Below are positions 9,785 through 17,830 of a DNA stretch of 64,000 bases, piece after piece. The notes under the pieces were generated by a model. That model saw nothing but the letters and a program-made list of their open reading frames with translations. It had not been told where the DNA came from and made no database searches. Numbering within the stretch: the first letter of the stretch is position 1; every line of letters starts with the position of its first letter. The stretch is from Bacilli bacterium (GTDB lineage Bacteria; Bacillota_I; Bacilli_A; RFN20; CAG-826): assembly GCA_045615665.1 (NCBI GenBank), contig JAZLFJ010000053.1, positions 17,109-81,108 of the forward strand. The letters run 5' to 3'. Made by a program: the position numbers and the translations under genes.

Positions 9785-10372
9785 ATGAAAAACCCATTTA
9801 CAGTTCGAAATATGCCTTATATCGCCATCTTGATGGCGGTGGAAATAGTCCTTCAATTTATTGGTAACGCAATTGCCTTAGGACCAATTAGTATCAATTT
9901 ATCATTAGTGCCTATTGCTTTAGGTGCGATTATGTTTGGACCATGGGTTGGTTTACTTCTTGGTATTATCAATTCCTTATTCGTTTTGATGGCCCCTTCG
10001 ACTGCGCTATTTTATAACGTCTCTGTTTTAGGCACCTTTTTAACAGTTTTAATTAAATCATCTGCTGCTGGATTTTTCGGTGGCTTAATTTATCTAATGT
10101 TAAATAAACGTAACAACTTAATTGCAACAATTGTTACTTCGATTTCTCTGCCGCTTATAAATACTGGTTTATTTGTGGTGGGTTGTCTCTTATTTTTTAA
10201 ACCTTTATTAGAAACTCTAACCCCAAGTGGTGGTAATATCTATGAATTTTTATTTATAGCAATAATTGGCTGGAACTTTATTTTTGAACTTTCAACTTCG
10301 ATTGTTTTAACTTATCCAATCTATCGAATCATCGGCTATTATCGGGCTAAAAAAGTTGTCGTTTCAAACTGA
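9785..10372 (+). CDS. ECF-transporter S-component-like membrane protein (substrate unknown)
   Basis: about 195 aa with five or six TM helices, Gly-rich, fold typical of ECF substrate-capture proteins; start could be 9740 (TTG) or 9785 (ATG). Confidence 0.5.
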   Translation: MKNPFTVRNMPYIAILMAVEIVLQFIGNAIALGPISINLSLVPIALGAIMFGPWVGLLLGIINSLFVLMAPSTALFYNVSVLGTFLTVLIKSSAAGFFGGLIYLMLNKRNNLIATIVTSISLPLINTGLFVVGCLLFFKPLLETLTPSGGNIYEFLFIAIIGWNFIFELSTSIVLTYPIYRIIGYYRAKKVVVSN

Positions 10373-10463
10373 TGTAAAGAAAGATTTACATCAAAAAATG
10401 CAATTTTTTGTTGACTAATATTTTCATAATATCTATAACTTTTTATCGAAGGAGAAAATGTAA

Positions 10464-11186
10464 ATGAAAGTTGTTGTTGGAAGTAACGATAAAATTTCAA
10501 AGCTCATCGCTGAAGATTTTATTAATGTCGTTAACAAAAAAGAAAATGCTGTTTTAGGTCTCGCTACTGGTACATCGCCATTACAGGTGTACGCTAATCT
10601 AGTGAAGGCCAACAAAGAAGGTCGCGTTTCATTTAAGAAATGCACAACCTTTAATTTAGATGAATATGTCGGTTTAGCAGGAACCCACAATCAATCATAT
10701 CGCTATTTCATGAATGAAAATCTCTTCGATCACATCGATATCGATAAAAAGAACACAAATGTGTTACTTGGTGTTGGAGATTATAAGAAATTCATGAATC
10801 AATACGATGATATGATCGCTAAAGCCGGGGGAATCGATATTCAAATCCTCGGTATCGGCAGCGATGGCCATATCGCCTTTAATGAACCAGGCACCTCGTT
10901 TGATTCACTCACCCATGAAACAGAATTAACTGAGCAAACTATCAAAGATAATTCACGTTTATTTAACGATATCAGTGAAGTTCCAACTCGCGCGGTTACC
11001 ATGGGCTTAAAGTCCATCATGAACGCGAGAAAGATCGTTCTTATCGCCACAGGTAAAAACAAAGCTAAAGCCGTTTACGGCTTAATCAAAGGTCCAATCT
11101 GTGAAGATATGCCTTGCTCCATTCTTCAAAAACATAAAGACGTCACCGTCTATGTTGATGAAGATGCTTATAGCTTAGTGAAATAA
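10464..11186 (+). CDS. nagB: glucosamine-6-phosphate deaminase
   Basis: AAGGAG RBS; motifs LATGTSP, FNLDEYVG and GIGSDGHIAFNEPG. Confidence 0.85.
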   Translation: MKVVVGSNDKISKLIAEDFINVVNKKENAVLGLATGTSPLQVYANLVKANKEGRVSFKKCTTFNLDEYVGLAGTHNQSYRYFMNENLFDHIDIDKKNTNVLLGVGDYKKFMNQYDDMIAKAGGIDIQILGIGSDGHIAFNEPGTSFDSLTHETELTEQTIKDNSRLFNDISEVPTRAVTMGLKSIMNARKIVLIATGKNKAKAVYGLIKGPICEDMPCSILQKHKDVTVYVDEDAYSLVK

Positions 11187-11198
11187 ATTGACAACATT

Positions 11199-11228
11199 AA
11201 CCACCTGATTAACTTAGGTGGTTTTTTG
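11199..11228 (+). terminator. rho-independent terminator
   Basis: AACCACCT-gattaactt-AGGTGGTT hairpin followed by TTTTTG. Confidence 0.75.
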
Positions 11229-11293
11229 TTGTCTAAAACATATCAAAATGTTGGTAAAAATATAGAAAAGGTATATTAAAATATCTAAAACAA

Positions 11294-11327
11294 TTGAATT
11301 ATAGGACAAATTGGGTAGAATATAGAT
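11294..11327 (+). promoter_or_regulatory. sigma-A-like promoter placing the transcription start at the ATG (leaderless mRNA candidate)
   Basis: TTGAAT, 16-nt spacer, TAGAAT; the ATG lies 6 nt after the -10 hexamer; no Shine-Dalgarno (SD) sequence. Confidence 0.4.
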
Positions 11328-11990
11328 ATGAGCTACAAAATTATCTATCACGGCAGTGATCAAGTTATCGAAAAACCAGTTTTTCATTACGAAGGCTCAA
11401 ACCAACATAATGACTATGGATTAGGTTTTTATTGCACTCAAAATATCGATATGGCGAAAGAATGGGCGAATCGAAATACGAGAAGCGGATTTGCAAATAA
11501 ATATCAAATTGATGAAAGAGGTCTAAAGATTCTTGATTTAACTGATAAAAATAAATATTCGGTTTTAAATTGGATTGCAATTTTACTTCATAATCGTGAA
11601 TTATCCGATATCGATCGCATCGAATATAAAGATGTCTTGGATTATATAGAACAATATTATATAGATACATCATTATATGATGTTGTCATTGGATATCGTG
11701 CGGACGATGCTTATTTTAGATTCCCTTTAATGTTTATTCGAAATATTTTAACTTTTGAAAAATTAGAACAAATTTATTTGCTTGGAAATCTTGGTAAGCA
11801 ATATGTCTTAATAAGCCAAAAAGCTTTTGATCACCTACGATTTGTGGACACTATATCGGTCGAATCCATCTATTATGAAAGATATCATCGCCGTAAAGAC
11901 GCTGCCGACAATTCATATCGAGAACTTGAATTATTTGAAAGAAGTAGCCTAGGTAAACGAGCAAGAGATTTAATGAAGGGAAAGAAATGA
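11328..11990 (+). CDS. DUF3990-family protein
   Basis: N-terminus IIYHGSDQVIEKPVFHYEGS..DYGLGFYCT is typical of DUF3990; followed by a DUF3791-like gene with an ATGA overlap. Confidence 0.6.
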   Translation: MSYKIIYHGSDQVIEKPVFHYEGSNQHNDYGLGFYCTQNIDMAKEWANRNTRSGFANKYQIDERGLKILDLTDKNKYSVLNWIAILLHNRELSDIDRIEYKDVLDYIEQYYIDTSLYDVVIGYRADDAYFRFPLMFIRNILTFEKLEQIYLLGNLGKQYVLISQKAFDHLRFVDTISVESIYYERYHRRKDAADNSYRELELFERSSLGKRARDLMKGKK

Positions 11991-13012
11991 TTAAAGCCTT
12001 TTATCAAGAAGATATTATTAATCGCTTAGGCGCAATCTTCACTTACGGCTTAAATAAGTCATATTCTTTTAAAGCCATCGAAGAAAAAGTTGTAGCGACT
12101 TATTTTATAGATAGACTCGAGAATAACGAATATGATATCGAATCAAAAATTGAAGAAATTGTTGAAGAAACATTTAATACAAAATTAAATGAAACTGTGG
12201 ATATTTCTTTTAAAGGCCTCTTTATAGCAGAGTCATATTTTAAATTGTTTCTCTTTTTTAATCGTAGTTTTGAATATCTATTTTTATATTGGCCATTAGA
12301 GGAATTCGTTAATAAATATAGCCTCTATCACGAGATGGATTTTTCAAATCTAAGAAAAGATTTTGATTTAAAAAGACAACAAACCTCTTTACTTAAGAAG
12401 CTGTGTTTAGAAAGAAATATTAAATTAAGTGAAATTTCCAAATTAACAGGTTTAAATATCAATACTTTAAAACGTTACAATGAATCTGATAAATATTTAA
12501 ACGCTGCTTCTTATGAAGCCATTCATCGTTTGTCATCTTTGTTTAAGGTTAAAGAGAACATCTTTTCTGCTAATTTAAATGTCTATCTAGACCAATCAAT
12601 CTATTTAAGTGACAAATCAAATGATGATTACCGAAATTATCTAGGTTTATATTATGCGAATTATTTCGATTCAAGAATAAATGAAAAAGAGGCTACATAC
12701 GATAAGAAGAATAACTGTTTTATTTTTAAAGATGCCACCAAGCTAAAAGTAATGGTGGAGGATCCAAATAATTTAAAACTTTCTAGCACCTCCTCTATGG
12801 CGGGAAAAGACACTTATTTAGTTATCATTCGCTCCAGTTTATACGATGAAAAAATGGGTTTCGAATATCTAAAAGATATTAATGCTATGGAAGTTATGAT
12901 TATCACTCAAGAAAATGTCTATCTTTTAAAGAAAGGCCAAAAAAAGGAAATAACCGATACGATAAATCGCTCTTTAATCGTTAGAGCGAAACAATCCAGT
13001 TTAAAGAAATAA
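11987..13012 (+). CDS. DUF3791-like N-terminal domain fused to an XRE-type HTH and a C-terminal domain of unknown function
   Basis: 4-nt overlap with the upstream gene; N-terminus YFIDRLENNEYDIESKIEEI is DUF3791-like; HTH LKKLCLERNIKLSEISKLTGLNINTLKRY. Confidence 0.55.
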   Translation: MIKAFYQEDIINRLGAIFTYGLNKSYSFKAIEEKVVATYFIDRLENNEYDIESKIEEIVEETFNTKLNETVDISFKGLFIAESYFKLFLFFNRSFEYLFLYWPLEEFVNKYSLYHEMDFSNLRKDFDLKRQQTSLLKKLCLERNIKLSEISKLTGLNINTLKRYNESDKYLNAASYEAIHRLSSLFKVKENIFSANLNVYLDQSIYLSDKSNDDYRNYLGLYYANYFDSRINEKEATYDKKNNCFIFKDATKLKVMVEDPNNLKLSSTSSMAGKDTYLVIIRSSLYDEKMGFEYLKDINAMEVMIITQENVYLLKKGQKKEITDTINRSLIVRAKQSSLKK

Positions 13013-13099
13013 TACTTATGATTATTTCCTCATAAAATGCTTTATTGTATTTTTGAGAACATATTTGTAAAATAAATATGTATTAAAGAGGTTAACAAG

Positions 13100-13618
13100 A
13101 TGAAAAAATTCCTTAAATGTTTCAAAAACTTTAAATTAACTGCTTTGATTGAAGCCTGCGCTGGAGTAGTTTCCATCGTCGCATCAATTGTTATTCTCAT
13201 CCTTCATCAAACAGTTTTCTCTAGAGACTTTGGCACTCCTGAAAAACCAAAGATAGTTACTTATACCGGTTTCTATAACCAACCGATTATTGGAATGGTT
13301 TTCTTCTTGTCTGCTATATTTGTTATCATCTTTGGTATCGTTACTGTCTATACCGCTTATCCTTTCTTATTTAAGAAAGATCAAAAACTTGAGCCAAAGA
13401 AAATCATCACTTGGTGGGGTGTTACCACTGGTGGATTTGGTTTAATTACCGCAATCTTCACCTTCGTTATGGCGTTCAATCAAGCAAGCAATGCTGCGAT
13501 GGTTAAACATCACACCGTTGGTTTAATTATTGCTGCGATCGTTCTTCTTTTAGCCACTATCGTTCAATTATTGATGATCGCTCCTCGCCTCATGGTGAGA
13601 ATTGAAAAAGATAAATAA
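13100..13618 (+). CDS. hypothetical four-TM membrane protein
   Basis: AAGAGG RBS; four hydrophobic helices. Confidence 0.5.
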   Translation: MKKFLKCFKNFKLTALIEACAGVVSIVASIVILILHQTVFSRDFGTPEKPKIVTYTGFYNQPIIGMVFFLSAIFVIIFGIVTVYTAYPFLFKKDQKLEPKKIITWWGVTTGGFGLITAIFTFVMAFNQASNAAMVKHHTVGLIIAAIVLLLATIVQLLMIAPRLMVRIEKDK

Positions 13619-13636
13619 TCAACACAATCAAAAATT

Positions 13637-13663
13637 AGCCTTCTTAGTGAAGGCTTTTTCTTT
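13637..13663 (+). terminator. rho-independent terminator
   Basis: AGCCTTC-ttagt-GAAGGCT hairpin followed by TTTTTCTTT. Confidence 0.75.
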
Positions 13664-13703
13664 AATATTTTGTTAGTGATTTTATAACGATTTAATTTAT
13701 TAA

Positions 13704-13800
13704 AAATGTATAATTCGTGATAACACACAAAATTGTAGAAAAATAACACAAAAACTGTTGCAATTCTATTTCGTATGTGTTTAAAATAATGTGTCGATGT
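13704..13800 (+). promoter_or_regulatory. promoter region of the XRE regulator: extended -10 (TGTATAAT), a second TTGCAA/-10 pair, and two direct repeats AATAACACA(C)AAAAnTGT as operator candidates
   Basis: TGTATAAT at 13706-13713; repeats at 13719-13736 and 13741-13758; TTGCAA at 13758-13763. Confidence 0.45.
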
Positions 13801-13820
13801 ACTCGACTGGAGGAAAGAAA

Positions 13821-14168
13821 ATGGCAACTACTTTTGGAAAGGAACTTCGTAAATTGCGTATCGATAGGGATGAGAATATACATGATATGGCAAAAAACCT
13901 AGGCATCTCTATCTCTTATTTATCCGCAATCGAAGCAGGTAGTAGAAATATCCCGAACGATATGGTCGATAAGATTGTTACTAAATACCATTTAAATGGA
14001 GAAAGGAGTGAGATTCTAAGACAAGCTGAGGCTGAATCATCAAAAGAAATTGATATTGATTTGTCTACGTTTAGTGCCGAACAAAGAAAACTTGTTTTCG
14101 CTTTATCGAGAAAAATTAATGATATTTCAGATGAACAATGTCTAGATATTCTTAATAAACTGAAGTAA
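13821..14168 (+). CDS. XRE-family helix-turn-helix transcriptional regulator
   Basis: GGAGG RBS; HTH_3 motif LRKLRIDRDENIHDMAKNLGISISYLSAIEAG. Confidence 0.75.
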   Translation: MATTFGKELRKLRIDRDENIHDMAKNLGISISYLSAIEAGSRNIPNDMVDKIVTKYHLNGERSEILRQAEAESSKEIDIDLSTFSAEQRKLVFALSRKINDISDEQCLDILNKLK

Positions 14169-14170
14169 CT

Positions 14171-14770
14171 ATGAGTAAGAATTGGGTTAGTCCAGCAAGC
14201 AGACTTGAAATAAGAGAATTCGCAGTGCGAATTAGAAGGTTTCTTGGGTATAGAGATACCGATTTTATTAATGCGCCAAAACTATATGACGCTTTAGCGA
14301 ATCGTTTGGCCAAAGATAAACTCAATTTCGATTTTAGAGTGATGTCTGATGATGATAAGGTTTTTGAAAACAAAGAAGAAGCCTACACAAATACATCAAC
14401 GGGCATTGTTTATATTAAACAATCTGTTATGGAGAAGGCTTGTCGTAGGTCGTTTAATAGGGCGGCATTTACTCTTATCCATGAACTTGGCCACTTTTTG
14501 CTTCATTATGTCCAAGAAGATGTAAAACTGGCGCGAGTATCCGATGAGGTCGATGTTCCTCCATATTGCGATCCAGAATGGCAAGCAAATGTATTTGCTT
14601 CTGAATTTCTTATGCCGTTTAGCGAATGCAAAAAATTAACGCCATCTGAAATTAGAAAGAATTATCATGTTTCAACGCAAGCATCGGAGGTAAGATACAA
14701 CAAAATTAAAAAAGAACTTGGACAAAAATCACTAGATGTTTTTGAGAAGAATGTAATCACGTTTGAATAA
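14171..14770 (+). CDS. ImmA/IrrE-family zinc metallopeptidase (COG2856)
   Basis: HEXXH motif IHELGHFLLH; immediately downstream of the XRE regulator, the classic ImmR/ImmA-type arrangement. Confidence 0.75.
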   Translation: MSKNWVSPASRLEIREFAVRIRRFLGYRDTDFINAPKLYDALANRLAKDKLNFDFRVMSDDDKVFENKEEAYTNTSTGIVYIKQSVMEKACRRSFNRAAFTLIHELGHFLLHYVQEDVKLARVSDEVDVPPYCDPEWQANVFASEFLMPFSECKKLTPSEIRKNYHVSTQASEVRYNKIKKELGQKSLDVFEKNVITFE

Positions 14771-14950
14771 AATGTGTTTATAAAAAGGTTCTTGAACATG
14801 ATCGTAACAAGAACTCAATCAACGATTATGGTATTAGATTACTAGTTAAAGAAAAGAGTGGACGTTAAGCCCACTCCAAGTGAATGAATCACTTTGTGCA
14901 ATTAGATTCTATCATTTGGAAACTCTTTTCTCAACTAGGGAAAGGAAAAT

Positions 14951-15643
14951 ATGATCAAGAAATCTAATAAGCCTTACATTAGAGACGTATACCTCGCGTA
15001 TCTAATTGACGGGGCAAATCGAACGGAACCAGAGGGGTTCCCTATAATTGAGGATGAAATGGTGACGACAAATCCACCAAAAGAAGTAATTCAATGGGAT
15101 CGTAGATGCGATGTAATTGATGCTTCGAAAACAACGATTTGCTTTTATTGCAATGATTCGGGTTTTGTTCCTGTTTTAAACAATCCGGAACATTATTTAG
15201 CAAAATTGCAGAAGTATGAATCTGTGATCGGTCCCGATGCAAGTCCATACGAGAACATGCCACTTGTTGTTCAAAATAGCCAAATATATGTTAATCTAGC
15301 AATTACTTATTATTTGGGCAAACATGGTATTAAAATAATACCTAACGTAAGATTGGGTAATGACTTAACTCTCCCTTCTCTGAAAGCTTACCCGAGACAC
15401 ACACTTATAGCTATTGGGACTCATGGCTTTACGCACAATGTTGAAAATAGACATAAGTTTATGAAACAAGTTGAAGTAGTTGTCAAAACACTTCAACCAA
15501 CCGGAATTATTGTTTACGGTCCAGCTTCTGAATATTTATTTCCTCCATCTTTAGTAAAAGACATCAAAATCTATCAATTTGATTCATACACAATGAAGCA
15601 AAACAAGATTGATAGAGAAAGAAAGAAAAATGAAGGGGAATAA
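14951..15643 (+). CDS. hypothetical protein, possibly DUF4417-like
   Basis: GGGAAAGG RBS; alternating beta/alpha pattern (TTICFYCND, LIAIGTHG, GIIVYGP); no recognisable catalytic motif. Confidence 0.45.
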   Translation: MIKKSNKPYIRDVYLAYLIDGANRTEPEGFPIIEDEMVTTNPPKEVIQWDRRCDVIDASKTTICFYCNDSGFVPVLNNPEHYLAKLQKYESVIGPDASPYENMPLVVQNSQIYVNLAITYYLGKHGIKIIPNVRLGNDLTLPSLKAYPRHTLIAIGTHGFTHNVENRHKFMKQVEVVVKTLQPTGIIVYGPASEYLFPPSLVKDIKIYQFDSYTMKQNKIDRERKKNEGE

Positions 15644-16046
15644 TCCACTCTTCAATAATGACGGAAATAAAAAAATATCCAGAAGCAAATATTCGACAAA
15701 TCTAAATAAACCGATAGAAGCAAAGCCATACAATAACAAAAAAGGAGAGAAACTTCTTGACAAAGTTAAAACCGAAGAAGCAAAGAACTATATTAGGCAG
15801 CATTATAGATCTGGGGCCAAGATAGGCGACGGAAGTACTGCCGCTGCGGTTAAGGAAGAATTAAAAAACGGTGTCAAGGTTGGTGGAAAAAGCCATATAA
15901 CCAAAGCTAAAGAGGGTGTACGATATATTAATAACACTCTTAGGAAAAATCCGAATCATATTGATAAAAAATTCTTCAATTCTCAAAAGCGCAAACTTGA
16001 GAATGCATTAAGAACCAAACCAATTAAAGGGGGCAAAAAACAATGA
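15630..16046 (+). CDS. small, very basic hypothetical protein (candidate toxin-like domain)
   Basis: K/R/N-rich 138 aa; motif GDGSTAAAVKEELKNGVKVGGKSHITKAKEG; overlaps the upstream and downstream ORFs. Confidence 0.4.
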   Translation: MKGNNPLFNNDGNKKISRSKYSTNLNKPIEAKPYNNKKGEKLLDKVKTEEAKNYIRQHYRSGAKIGDGSTAAAVKEELKNGVKVGGKSHITKAKEGVRYINNTLRKNPNHIDKKFFNSQKRKLENALRTKPIKGGKKQ

Positions 16047-16393
16047 CTAGCAAAGAACTCAACAAAAAATTATTACAAGCTGTTCCTGAATTGAAAAAAA
16101 CATTCGACGAATTCACTTCATGGCAAGAAGGCATCGAAACAGGCAGTCACACTGTTTTTGAAAATCTGGTCGTTCCTTTTGCCATTGACATCATTGAAAA
16201 CGAGAAGGACGAAGTGATTAAAAGATTATTTAATCTGATCGAAGGAATAATTACTTCAAAAGATGAATATGCTGAAGAGGTGGTACAATTAAGTTTTTTA
16301 GAACCTCTTAAAGCAGAACATGGTGATGAATACGATTTTTCAAAGATTATGTCTAAAGAAACTTATTCCTTATTTAATTCATTAGAATACTAA
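16043..16393 (+). CDS. small acidic hypothetical protein (candidate immunity/antitoxin-like partner)
   Basis: ATGA overlap with the upstream basic ORF; 116 aa, acidic, predicted helical. Confidence 0.45.
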   Translation: MTSKELNKKLLQAVPELKKTFDEFTSWQEGIETGSHTVFENLVVPFAIDIIENEKDEVIKRLFNLIEGIITSKDEYAEEVVQLSFLEPLKAEHGDEYDFSKIMSKETYSLFNSLEY

Positions 16394-16423
16394 TTGTTAT
16401 TCATGCTTTTGATTAAAGTTTTT

Positions 16424-16472
16424 AAAATCCCATTCGATGCATATTAGCCATGCTTGCGATAGGGATTTTTTA
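16424..16472 (+). terminator. terminator-like hairpin
   Basis: AAAATCCC...GGGATTTT 8-bp stem followed by TT. Confidence 0.4.
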
Positions 16473-16510
16473 GTGCGTAATTCACCCATCATGTCTAAAA
16501 GAATAAAGAT

Positions 16511-16545
16511 ATAAAAAAGACCTTCACTTATGTGAAGATCATTTT
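16511..16545. terminator. bidirectional terminator between convergent genes
   Basis: AAAAAGA-CCTTCAC-ttat-GTGAAGA-TCATTTT; A-run on one side, T-run on the other. Confidence 0.55.
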
Positions 16546-16569
16546 CTAATTAATAATTAAGTTATTAAG

Positions 16570-17010
16570 TTATTTCTTTTCTGGAAGGAAACCGACGCAG
16601 GCACCTAATAAATCAAGACCACCTGCGACGAATACTAAGACGATCATTGCAATAAATGAAGAAGTCTTATGATATAAGCTAGCGTTAATACCGGTGTAGA
16701 CAGATCCTGGAGTGAGAAGGAACATCACACCAGCACCAATGAACATTAAACCAACTAATGCCATTAAGAATTTTGAGAATTTAAATGGGATTAAAGCCAC
16801 TAAACCAAAGAATGCTCCAACGCAGAGTAGGAAGAACCCAACAACACCGATTGTTGAAACACCATCGATGGTCCAAACGAGTTGATACCAGTTACCGCGT
16901 CCAGCAGTTTCTTGGATAAAATAAACTGCAGAATTTGAACCTAAACCAAAGGTTACACCGACTAAGATTAAGGCGATTAAACCAATGACAGGAAGAATAA
17001 ATTTTTTCAT
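16570..17010 (-). CDS. hypothetical four-TM membrane protein
   Basis: AGGAGAA RBS on the minus strand; four hydrophobic helices. Confidence 0.6.
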   Translation of the reverse strand: MKKFILPVIGLIALILVGVTFGLGSNSAVYFIQETAGRGNWYQLVWTIDGVSTIGVVGFFLLCVGAFFGLVALIPFKFSKFLMALVGLMFIGAGVMFLLTPGSVYTGINASLYHKTSSFIAMIVLVFVAGGLDLLGACVGFLPEKK

Positions 17011-17147
17011 CTTAATTGTTCTCCTTTTCTAGAAAAGCACGATAAATTATAGATAACATTTCTCACTTATGCAAGTTAAGAAAGGAAAATCGTTTGTTTT
17101 GATTGAAAAAATGCTTATTTCAATCCAAGAGAATTATTGATTATTAT

Positions 17148-17167
17148 TGACGATTTAAATCGTCAAA
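17148..17167. promoter_or_regulatory. 20-bp perfect palindrome TTGACGATTTAAATCGTCAA in a divergent promoter region
   Basis: exact inverted repeat read directly from the sequence. Confidence 0.4.
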
Positions 17168-17249
17168 CTAGTTAGTTTTCGTTACTATTTTTCCTTTCTA
17201 AACACATCAGTATTTCCATCTTAAATACCTAACTTTAAAAAAATATTTG

Positions 17250-17353
17250 CACATGTTTGATAAATACTTTATAGTATAAATGCTCGACTTGTCGGGCGAA
17301 CTCTTATTCTTAAGAGTGGCAGTTGCCACTCTTTAGTTTATTAAGGAGCTTAT
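17250..17353 (+). promoter_or_regulatory. promoter and leader of the rimP-nusA-infB-rbfA operon, with a strong leader hairpin
   Basis: TTGCAC...TATAGTATAAAT; hairpin AAGAGTGGCA-gt-TGCCACTCTT at 17311-17332. Confidence 0.5.
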
Positions 17354-17815
17354 ATGGGAATCGAAGAAAGCGTTAAAAACTTAGTGGAAAAGCCAATTAT
17401 GGCTTTAGGCTACGACAAAATCGAAGTTAAATACGTTAAAGAATTCGGAACACAGTACCTTCGTATCCTCGTCGATAGAGACGATGTTATTGATTTAGAA
17501 GATATTGTTAAAGTTAATGATTTAGTCTCTCCACTTCTTGTTGAAGCAGATCTAATTCAAAGCGAATATGTTCTTGACGTCACTAGTTTTGGAGCAGAAA
17601 AACCAATCGAAGTTTCAAAATTAGAAAAATACGTTGGTAAATATATTAACGTTCATCTTTCTAACCCATATAAAGGACTTAATTATGTTGAAGGTGATTT
17701 AGCCGAAGTAACTAAGGATGAGATTACTCTTCTATTTAAAGATAAGACACGTACAATTAAAGCAATTTTAAATAGAAAAGATATCGACAAAGCGAGACTT
17801 GCAATCAAATTTTAA
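17354..17815 (+). CDS. rimP: ribosome maturation factor RimP
   Basis: AAGGAG RBS; RimP-like sequence; sits upstream of nusA. Confidence 0.85.
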   Translation: MGIEESVKNLVEKPIMALGYDKIEVKYVKEFGTQYLRILVDRDDVIDLEDIVKVNDLVSPLLVEADLIQSEYVLDVTSFGAEKPIEVSKLEKYVGKYINVHLSNPYKGLNYVEGDLAEVTKDEITLLFKDKTRTIKAILNRKDIDKARLAIKF

Positions 17816-17830
17816 TAAGGAGAATAAGAA

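Noticed and set aside
14788-14876. Two consecutive hairpins (GTTCTTG...CAAGAAC and GAGTGG...CCACTC) between immA and the next ORF
   Set aside because: They lack U-tracts, so they are not classic terminators. They could be processing or stability elements. Not enough evidence to call a feature.
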